Shown: positions 53,167-64,000 of the stretch, in pieces | Position numbering within the stretch: position 1 is the first letter of the stretch | How the letters are laid out: each line of letters opens with the position of its first letter | Source of the DNA: the human T2T-CHM13v2.0 reference genome, Homo sapiens | Assembly (NCBI RefSeq): GCF_009914755.1 | Contig: NC_060930.1 | Strand: one strand, 5' to 3' | DNA: 64,000 bases | Position numbers and translations under genes: made by a program | Notes under the pieces: model-generated | What the model was told of the DNA's origin: nothing | Seen by the model: only the letters and a program-made list of their open reading frames with translations | The model's database searches: none

Positions 53167-56100
53167 CTGGCAAGCAAATCACAGACAGTGGAAAAAGAGA
53201 AGCAATGGTGAATGAAAAGCGTGACTCTGTCACATTCAATAAAGCAGAAAAATGTGCGTTAAAAAATAAAATAAAATAAAATAAAATTCATGTTTTTTTT
53301 GCTTTGCATTTCAATTTGCTCATGCATTGTTAGTTTTTTTTGCCATGCAATTAAACAGACAGATATGCAATATAAAAATAAAATTTAAAATACATAATTT
53401 GGAAAAAATAACATGCTGGTATTTCTTATTGCCAAAATATTGAAAAATTAAATGGATTGTGTATTTTCAACATGCAGTTAAGCATAATATCATCCATTAT
53501 CTAAATATGACAGATGGAACAGCTGTGCATAGAACTTGTGTACTATATAGATTATTTTTCTTTAGATACAAAACATAAAGATCTATTATGTTAATATATC
53601 ATATATACAGAATAACACCTAAATTTCTACAAACAAGTTATTATATCTTAATGGTACATAGGTATATACATATGTTATGTGAATATACATATATACCATA
53701 TACTATATATACACAGATACTTCTACAGTAGATGCATGTGAACATGATATCATACACAAACATTTACTGTATTGAAACATAATTTCAAATTTATGTTTGA
53801 GTTATTAATGTGTTCATGCTGTGCATGTAAAATATAATACACAACCAATGAAAAAATGGCATACATTTGGAAATAATTGAATAGCGATTAAATTAAAAAA
53901 TGACATTGCGTTTTGAAAGATGCAATATCCCTTTTCTTAGCCTAAAAACTTACTTTATACATATCCTTAGCTGTAAAACTTTACTCAATTGAATTATACA
54001 CCATTCTTTTGCAAAACAACCAAAAAGACATGGAACTGTTTTCCGCATAAGAAATATATCTACATGTATTCATCCCAGTGAGGGATAAAATCAAACTTAA
54101 CAATTTCCCACTAAAATGTAGATAAGAGGCTAAAGTAATTTCCTTTTCCATTATTTTTATTATAAATTTATATATTAAAAGGGAAACATTTTATATTAAT
54201 AGTTTTAAGCTATACTTGATGATAATATCCAATGCAATGCTGCTATATCTATACTTTTTTATATGTATGATAAACATACTTGTGATTAAAGCATACATGG
54301 TACATGTGTGACACGCTACATATGAGTAAAAGTCATTACAAAATTGCTTTGGTAAGTAAGAAATTCAAGTAATGTAGATATAAATACTATATATTAGAAG
54401 GTAACATATCTAAATAATGAAACCTGGTCTATCTTTAAAAGTGCAGCTTTTCCTGGGTATAAAGGTGATGGTGAGGAACAGAAGCAAAAGCCCTAGCATA
54501 CTTTCTATCAAAAGACAATCAAAGCATAATTATGAAAGCTCAAATGTTAAATATTTTAATAGAGAGGCTCATTAACTTAACCATTTAATATATGAACCAG
54601 AAAATCAAGTTGTCATATTACACAATTTTAGAGAGCTGTCAGAGCATTTTACCTTCCCCCAAAATCTTGCTTAGTGATGGTTTTAGCATACTTTAGGAGG
54701 TTAATTTTTCAATTTTTTCATTATTGCTAAATCAGAGGCCTGGATAGGGAGAGTTATCAAGACAAATGAATGTTTTCAAATAAATAACAAATAAAACTAA
54801 ATAGTTTAGCCCAATTCTAGCTGAATGAGGATATAATCAGAAGCCACTTTCATGTTTACATCCAATCTGAAGTGACCAGAACATTGTGAAGCAATGTTTA
54901 GTTAACTTTACTCTCTAAATTGTTTACTTAAGTCTCCAAATACAAATTTAAACTAAACAGAGACATAAGGTCTGAAGGTTACATTTGGTGATTTTTATTG
55001 ATCTTTACTGGCAAATTTTTATTGCTAAAATACTTAAAACTTTTGCCTCACATATGATGTATTTTCCAACCACAGAGGGAGACAACAGCAAGAGAAAGCA
55101 CTATTTGGGGAAAGCACGTATGTAGCTAATTTAACACAAAACACTATAATGCATACCTAATGTTTCTAATGCAGATGTGTCTTCTCCAACATATATATCT
55201 CCAGGGGATAATCGTAAAGAGGCAATATATTAAAATAAACTCTGATGGAATCATTAAAACATGTAGTATGAGTCTTATCTATAATGTTAATGCTTTATTT
55301 CAAGTATAAAATAACTATAATAGTAAACTAGATAATTTAATGTAATATAAGCAACATCACTTATTATATTTTTCAATAGAATTCACTGATCACAACCACT
55401 TCTATACACCAAACTATTTTAGGACTGTACTTTTGCTTATAAATTTTTTTTTAAAAGTCCTTCCAAATTGTAGCATTAACCCAAATACATGATGGGAAGG
55501 ATTAGAGTGCTATATTAGTTTCCAAGACAATGCCTTACAGATTTATGGCATTTTATATAATGTACAATAGCTCATATTATAAAAACTGTGTACTTTGAAA
55601 TGCTTTTCATCAGGAATATACTTTGGTCTCCAGAGCAAAGCTCAGTTTAAATTCCAGTAGGTCTCAGTATCTTCAAGTAACGTCAGAAGATGGTGATATT
55701 AGTTGATATAGTATAAAAAGTTAATGTTCAATTAAAACAATTTACTCTCTATTTTAAAAGGCTAAAATTTTTAGTCAATGAATATTTAATGTACAATTTT
55801 ACTAAATAATGTTTATATTCTTCTCGTATCTTATTTGTAGCCAAGAAGTAGAAAAATACAGAAAAAGAGCACAAAATAATTCCTAGACCACAGCCCAAGT
55901 ATCACAATAAATCCATATTTTGCCATTGTTAATAATAACACTTCAAATATAAGATAAATGATCTCAAGTACCTTTGCATTTGAGACATTTAAATTCGGAT
56001 ATTAATTTCTAGGTCAACTTAACAAAAAGCATATGTTTATATCCAAAATTAAACTGCAAATAACCAAATAAGAATTTATTAGAAAGCATGTCCAATAGAC

Positions 56101-56239
56101 TCAGGTGCTGACAACATTGTTAAAATTAAAATTTTCTTCCTGTTGTTTGTTCTAATTTAAAGGATCTTGAGAAAAACAGGTTTTTAAAACCAGTGACATA
56201 AATGGTAAGTGAGCGGGACAGGACAATATTAGGCCTTAC

Positions 56240-56378
56240 CTCTTTTTTACAATTAATATGACAACTAGGAGAAGGAGGATGAACACCAAAATTCCAGCAC
56301 TAATTCCTGCTATTTTCACCACTCTGTCTGTCTGCTTGGCGGGATCTGGGATCACTTCTGGTTCTTCTGTTGCTGCTG
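56240..56378 (-). CDS. PTPRK: PTPRK transmembrane exon (139 nt): (A)AATEEPEVIPDPAKQTDRVVKIAGISAGILVFILLLLVVILIVKK(S)
   Basis: Acceptor ...ccattTAG|CAGCAGCA and donor AG|gtaagg; hydrophobic TM segment; phase 1 to phase 2, matches the next exon. Confidence 0.96.
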
Positions 56379-59300
56379 CTAAATGGATAAAAAAAAAAAT
56401 CAGTTACTGAAAGAAGCTAATAATCACAGAAAAAAATTATTCCCAGTAATTACCTCCAAGAAACACAACTTGTTTATTGTATATTAATAAAAATAATCCC
56501 ACAATGTAAATACAGAAGCATGCTAAAATACAATACGAGATTTAGGGTTGAGGTAAGGAAATCTTTCTGACAAGAGGTTTTGTTAACACAAAAAATAAAA
56601 CAAACCTCCACAATAAATATCAAAGAGAATGATGAACTAGTTTTCCCCAAGTGTCCTTGAAAGTCCGAACATAAGGTTGTCTAGCAACTAGTACATTGGA
56701 AAGAGATGGGGTCAGATTTAGAGGTTTATCAGTCAATTCAGCAAATGCTTCTTGACTCAAATGCCAGGTGGTATGCTTGGTGCTTTAAGGCAGTATTAAT
56801 GGTACTTGTCTGGGACAGAAGGGGTTAGGTTAAATAAATGCCTAATATAACTGTTAGAAGCATGTGTTTATGATTTAATATATATAATTTGAGATGAATA
56901 GTTGAGTTGGCACAAGAGAAGAATAGGCAAAGAAAAACAGACACACCAAGGAATATTTCAAATTCTTTTATTAAATAAAACCCAGATAATAAAGTTGGGA
57001 AACAACTTTGAGAAGATGATTATTTTTAAAAACTTCTTTGTATGCCCTAACTTCCTTTCTTTCTCAAAACCATCTGACTACTCATCATACACACAATCAA
57101 TTAAAATTACCAACTTTAACCCTTTTACAAGCCCCAGTAACTCTCTGAGGACATTTTCCTTTTACCTCATTTACCTTGAAAATTGACAAGGAAAGTATTA
57201 TTATCTACACTTTATCGATAAAGGAACTGAGGCTTACAAAGATAAGGATAGTTTATAAATTGCTCAAGAGCAAAGAAAAAATCTACTATATCTTCTGTCT
57301 TTTAACACAAAATTTCTCAATGTCTCCAGATCCATGGCTCCTACTGCTAAAAATTGGTGTAACAAGAGTCCAGGTGATTCTCAGGATTAGACACATTTGG
57401 GAAATTGCCTTGAAGCACCCAACACAGCACCTTGCACTTGGAGTCAAGAGATGGTGTCCACATGAACAGATACGCAAAGAAATCTCTAAACCTAACCTCA
57501 TGCCTTTCCAGTGGACAATCTGTTAATCAGCTCTTAAAAATCAACCATTTGTCTACATTCTGATCCTTTCTTCTTTACCTTCTCCTCTTGGCTTCTCTAT
57601 CCCCCTCCCCGCAACCCATAGTTCTATACATCCAAGTATCTGCTCCACTTTTCCCAACAGCCACAGATTCTGCCAAAAGGAGACTGTTGAGGTTAACTAT
57701 TAATTTCTCAAAGTAAGAAATCTGAAAGAATAAATATATCTAATGTAAATATCATTATATAAAATGGTAATTTAAAGCTAAACTGGTGAGAAAGACATAG
57801 CTCAAATAAAAGCGTCAGAACAGTTAACTTTGTAAAACAATTCACTATAACTGTCTTAATTTATCTTATTTCAATTGCATAAAAACTTCTCCATAGACTA
57901 GATTCACTAACTATTATTCTCAAGCAGAAAAAGCAAGGCTTTGGCTGGTGTATTTTGGGAAACTAAGGGAGATTCCCTTTCTGACTTGACACTTTCCATA
58001 TATTCCGGCTGTAGGGAATTTCTAACCTCATAATTATGAACAGAGATACCTTAAGGCTTTCAAATTATTTTATGGTTGAATTTACCAAAACATGTAGTAA
58101 ATATGTTAGAGATCTTTTCCTTTCCAGGGCGACGTTAGAAATATATACATATATCTATATCTCTATATATGTAGATATTGAAAACAGGTGGAATATATTA
58201 CAAAGTTGAATGAAAAAACCTAAAAGGAACATAGTCATTGCTTGTAACTCAAATTACATTGGTTTGCCACAGATACTACTTCAAATAGGAAGAGAAACAG
58301 AAGTTTGATGTAGAAATCTCTAGAAAAAAAGCTTTAGTCCATGCAACAAATCATCATTATTCACTAATCAAAGACTACTTTCTTCAGGTTCTATGAGACA
58401 CTTGGCTTTCAGGGGCTAATGATAATGATCCCTTAGTGATTTTCTGACATATCTGAGTTATAGAATTAAATGTTTCTGAAAATTCTCTGGAAGAGCAGTT
58501 CTTGCTTAATGAGGTCAGTATTTTTCATAACAGTTTAATTAAATAAAATACATGCTATTATGGTATAATTTTCTAAATATATTTTATTATGAGTCGCATA
58601 TGCTACATTTTACAAAAATCTTCAGAGCTGCTAATCCCTACCAGAAGCAGATAATGTATATGGGTACAAATATAATATATATAATGTATGTAGGTGCAAA
58701 TATAAACTATCATCATGAAGTAAGAACAGCAGCTTTAATACTATTACCTAGGTTTAGTAATAAAATAACAGAACTGACATGAGGGTGATGGGTAAAACAA
58801 TTTCAAACTCAGGGGATGAAGACATTTTTAAGATCTTACAAGTAATATAGATAGGTTAATGAATTCATGTAAACATATTTCCAGAAATAAAAAGCCAAAT
58901 CTGAAAGTAATTTTTTTAACATAGATAGAAACTAAAACGCTTGCAGGTATACCAAGAGTACAAAGCATTGAGACTTTCATAATCTATTATGCAAATCAGA
59001 GATAATAAAGTCATAATCTATATGTCTTTGTTAAAAACTAGACTTCAATTCACATTTACCAAGTGGTTAATAAAGAAAAAAAAGCCCATTAAGTTATTTA
59101 TTTGAGTTGGGTAAGGCTGCCTGTCTGTCAAGACAATTCTTGTGCCAAGAGTTGTTCACTAATCTTCAACATAATTATTAAACTTAAGTATAGAAGTCTA
59201 ATCAAATTCTCCAAATACATGTGATTTGGTGGTTGTTTTCCTTGACTGTGAATTCTCCTCAAAGTCTTTAGCTGTGGCATTTATTACTATCATTACTATT

Positions 59301-59984
59301 ACTACTATGAACAGTAGTTTTTACTAAATATGTCTGTATATATTTATTAGTTTGGATATTTTAATCACATGTATTTTTTTAAGTACTTGGCTTGCTATAA
59401 CCGAGGAACATAAATATCCTATTTAAAATCATTCAAGCTTAGAAGATTCATTAAAGGAAATACAAGCAGTAGCCCCTAAGTCAGCATTTTCCATTTTCTT
59501 CAAAGAGAGCAAAAAGCTATTATAGTGGTGGTGCCCCTGAGTTCTGTTTATAATTTCTGCACATACACAAAGACAATGTGGAGCACCTTTTTCAGAAATG
59601 CTTTCCTTGGCCATAAATCTTTACCATTTTTTTTATCTGCCAAAGAGCATATAAGGAATCCCCAGTGTTCAGAAGCCAAGAGAAGCATAATTCTTTGTAC
59701 AACGAGAAAAAAAACTAAGGCACAATTTTATTTTTATTGAGCAAATTTCTAGGATGCATTTTGGGGGGTAAAAATAGCTAAAGTGACTTGATCAATTGTG
59801 TCCTTGCTCCCACTACTTAAAAATGAAATAGCTTTAAAGTCACACAAATTTACCTAAAAAATTAAAACTATCTTAATAGCTGTGATTAGGCAAACTAATT
59901 CTTCTACTTTCATAATGGACATTAGAGATAGAAGCCTGTAAGTACAATGTATTAAGTAATCTTATGGTGTCTTCAGAGACATTA

Positions 59985-61185
59985 TTGTCACTCAAATTCT
60001 GCAAATCCTCCCGGCATTTCATTAGTGCTTTCTTTCTTTTTCAGTTATAGATCTGAGAAACTGTTCCCACTCACTTCCCAATCATTCTTTAAAATCCTAC
60101 CGGCAGGCTTATGTCCCCCATCCACACCAAACCACCATAACCAATGTTTCTAATGACTTGCAAGTTTCTGAATTCAATGTGTACTTTTCTAGTCTTATTT
60201 TATGTGACCTCTTAATAGCATGTGACATTCCTGTCTACTCCCTCTTTCTTGGAACACCCTTTTCCTGGGACTTCCATGAACTTGGGTACCTCCTAGTTTT
60301 CTGAGGACTCTGGTCTCTCCTTTCCAGATTTTTGTTTGCTCATCCCTTAAAAATAGGTGCCCCTTTGAGTTCCTCAGGGACCTATGCCTCTTGACACTGT
60401 GTTCCATACTTTCTGGCTTGGTGATCTTATCCATTTTCATCTCTTTAGTTACCATCCTGATAACTGATCACTCTCTAATCGATATATCTCTGACCAAAAG
60501 TTGCAACCCGAATTCCTGACCCATGGAGTCATGTGATTAATATGTCTTCACGTCAATGTATGACAGTCACCTTAAGCACACCATGTCCAACCCGAACTCA
60601 TAATCTTATCTCATGCCAGTTCTTTTTCTAGTGTATCCCCTTTCAGTAAATGGCAAAACTATCCATACAGTTCTTCAAGCCAGAAACCTATGCATCATTC
60701 TTGAATCCTCCACTTTCCTTATCTCTAGGATTAACATTTATCATCCAAATTGGGATGCTTTTGAAGGAAAACAAAAACTGGAATTATCTTGGGCAAACTG
60801 GAATGCACAGTCACTTTCTCACACAATTAGTTACAAAATTACTACTTCCTAAATATTCTTTGTCATCACTTTTCCCATCCCCACTGCTACTACCTTCATT
60901 CAGATCAGTATCCTCTCAGGCAGATCACACAGCAGCCACCTATGTTAAATCTCTGAATATACTGTCTGCCTGTTCCACCTCAAAACCCACATTGTAGCAC
61001 ACGGTATTTTCTAGGATTTCAACTGTATCATATCACTTCACTGATTAGAGCCCTCCAATAGCTTCCCATTGCTGTTAAGGTAAAGCCCATGAAAGCAAAA
61101 ACCATATTTATTTTGCTCACCATTGAATTTCTAGTAGGACCTAAAAAGGAGCAACAGAACAGAAAATATTAGTTGAATAAATGAA
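59985..61185 (+). mobile_element. L2 fragment with an embedded Blackjack (MER94-like) remnant near 60726-60820
   Basis: L2 ORF2/3' blocks (tactccctctttcttggaacac, tcagtaaatggcaaaactatccatacagttcttcaagccagaaaccta). Confidence 0.6.
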
Positions 61186-61429
61186 AGACCACCACTAAGC
61201 CTGCCTAAGCTAGGTTGCACTGGCATATAGAAAATCAGTTATCTCCTTAAAAAACACAAGGATGTCTCTGATCAGACATATCTCTTACTGTTGTGGACAT
61301 TAACATAAGATGAACTTGATAACAAACATTTCTGAGTTGTCTCTGGAAATTTCAAGCCCCTTTGTTACATTCCTTTATAGAGCTAACCATTTCCACCATC
61401 TGTCACCACCTATCACCAAACCAATGTGC

Positions 61430-61650
61430 AAGAAAAGTCCAGTGTCACTGAAAGCACAAGGGATTGGATCAGCAAGACCCTGTTTTGATTCTTAGTTTGT
61501 TCTCTTATCTGTTGTGTGACAATGAGCAAGTGAGAATCTTTTAGAGTGAATGCCTTCATCTATAAAAAAAAATTAATAACATTACCCATCTTGTGTAGCT
61601 TTTAGGAATACCAAGTAACATAATGGTGTGAAAGGTTTTTGTAAACTAAA
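61430..61650 (+). mobile_element. MIR
   Basis: tgtgtgacaatgagcaagtga...ccttcatctataaaa...taataacattacc. Confidence 0.55.
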
Positions 61651-63201
61651 ACACATGGGATAGTAGAAATAGTAGTAGACGCTGCTGCTCTAGGTAGAGA
61701 TAATCTAGATGTCAGTTCTTTGGGTCCATTACATAGAAATGAAAAACTATGAATAGGAAAAATGAAATTACTGAAAAACAGCTTTTAAAAAATCTTAGCT
61801 GCCTATTATATAAATATACAATGACAGGTTTTGTAAAGCACATGTTATTTATTACACAGGCTGCCACACTGGACACCTAAACCTTATGGGTGTCTTGAAG
61901 TATGTATTATTTAACTCAATGATCTTTTGAAGTAATTTGGCTTCCTCATTGCATGTGATCTTATGAAACTTGCCCAGTATTAGATCACTGACTAAAACAG
62001 GGTCTACCAGAGATTTTACTGGTGAGAAAAGAGAGCAGCTAAATGCCACGTGCTTTAACAGTAGTTGGAAAATAATTTATTCTCCTTTAATAATGATATG
62101 GACGTGATCCAAAGATTTCTGATGTGGAAAATAGTGCAAAAGTCTATGAAGACTTTAAACAACTAAGAAATAAAATTACAGATTAATACTGCAGATATTG
62201 AAAATTAATTTTACACTGCTTAAGGCATCTCCTTCTAGTCTTAGAGTCTCTAAATTTGTTTTGGTTTTAAAAACACAGTTCAAAATGCTGTACAAAATTC
62301 TGAAGTGACAGAAATACTTTTTAAGAAAGCAATAAAATAAGTATATTTTAGGAATGTATATAATGGTAAAAAAAGTAAAATATTATTTTGTTTCATAGTA
62401 ATGAAGAAGAAATGTTTTAATGTGCATATTAATTTTTCATCAAGCTTCCCACTAAATTCATTCAATTAGGTAAAATAGAGCGTTAGTGCACTGTCTTACT
62501 TCTTAAACACAGTTGATTCTATCTGCTTAGTTCTCTCTGAAATTGGTTCTGAATTCTCCACCCCACCTTCGACTGCCTTCAAGACCCAATCTTGTTTTTT
62601 CACTAGTCCTCCTGCTTCCCATGTTGGCTACCTCAGATTTATCCTACATATTGCTAGTTGGATGAGTTTTCTAAAAGGTAAATGCGAAGAAATGACTTCA
62701 CTGCTTTACATTCAAGAGGAAAAGGCAAAAGTTATGACACATACGGCCTTTCACAAGCAGGTGCCAATCAACATTTTCAACCTCATCTTCTGAGACACTT
62801 TCATTCATATACTCTTATCATTAAAATCCTTTCACCATTTCTCAAATACTCTTTATTTTAGGAGTTGGCAAACTGTGGTCCCTGAGTTTTATCCATCCCA
62901 TTTTGATAAAACAAAGATTGTAAATATTCAGCTTTACAAGATAATACCAAACTATTACCAATTTACATACCCACCAGCAGCATATGCCAACCCCATTTAA
63001 ATTATATCTTACCACTTTGTATTATCAGCCTTCTTGATTTTTGTCACTTCAGTAGTAGAAAATGAAATGTAATACATATTTGATTACTACTAAAATGACC
63101 TTTTGAGATACCTGAAATATCTCTACCTGTTTTTTTCTCTGAAATGCTCAGTATATAGCTTTGACTGAAATTTGTATTACAAATATCTTCTCCTATCAGA
63201 C

Positions 63202-63703
63202 TGTATAAGGGATGAAAACCATCCTTTCAAGATGTTAAAAGTTCATGGCTAGGACCCCTATTACAAAAGACAGATTAAGAAGAGAAAAATACAAATTTAT
63301 TAATATAAGTTTTACAAGTCATGGTAGACTTCATAAGGAAATGAAGAACTAATGCAACAGTTAAACCCGAGTGTTTTTATAGCAGGTTTGATGAAGGGTG
63401 ACGTTATAAAGGACTATGATAGGGCGAAGAGTATGAGCTAAGTATAGTAAACTGCAGAAAACTTAGCAAGGCCTGTTTGTTCAGATTCTTCTATGTGTCC
63501 CTTATCTTCGGAAAGAAAGGTGCTTTTTATTTTCCCCCCTAGCTATAAGGAGGACACTTCTCATATGAGGGTCTTATGATCTGCTTCAAGGGAAGGTCAG
63601 AGAGATCTTCCTGTTTTTGTCACTTTCTCCAACTTTTTTCAGGTTAAAATATTCAGTATGCCAAGGTGCCATATTTTGGGGTAATGTGCCCTGAAAGCCA
63701 TCA
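63202..63703 (-). mobile_element. MER34-family (ERV1) solo LTR inside an old L1 fragment
   Basis: TG...CA ends; cagtatgccaaggtgccatattttggggt is the reverse complement of the MER34-type start. Confidence 0.7.
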
Positions 63704-64000
63704 GTTGCTTTTCTTCTTACTTTACTTATGGTATGAATAACAGTTATTAATTTTAATGAAGTCAAATATATCAATCTTTTTTTTATGGTTAGGGCCTATT
63801 GTTTAAGAAGCTCCTTCAAAGCTGAGTTTTTCAAAAATCCTCTTTTTTATTTGAAAGTTTTAAAAGAGTCCAAGATGTATAGTAGAAAGTTGTTTCAGGT
63901 CCTCCTCCGTCCCCACATACATATCCAGTTACCTGTGCATAACTTTTGAATTGATCCAATGATCTACACAGCCACTTCTGTCCTATATCAAAATTACGTT

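Overview
Human (primate) genomic DNA, AT-rich and repeat-dense. The window holds the 3' half of PTPRK (receptor-type tyrosine phosphatase kappa) on the minus strand. It has 17 constitutive coding exons from the transmembrane exon (56240-56378) through the D1 and D2 phosphatase domains to the stop codon (13203-13205). A ~1.4 kb 3'UTR ends near 11760, followed by ~11.7 kb of downstream intergenic DNA. Reading splice signals directly also shows four frame-preserving cassette microexons absent from the ORF track (30, 36, 12 and 18 nt) and a triple NAG acceptor. Two of these switches create or destroy short signalling motifs exactly at exon junctions: a bipartite-NLS/ITIM-like motif and a Grb2-type YxN motif. 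Repeats include a near-full-length Hsmar1 mariner, MLT1/MLT2A/THE1/MER34-type LTRs, Alus (one nested in another; inverted pairs around D2 exons), L1, L2, MIR and hAT fragments. Most short ORFs in the track are repeat-derived or spurious. Repeat subfamily names come from recalled consensus sequences; boundaries of old repeats are approximate.
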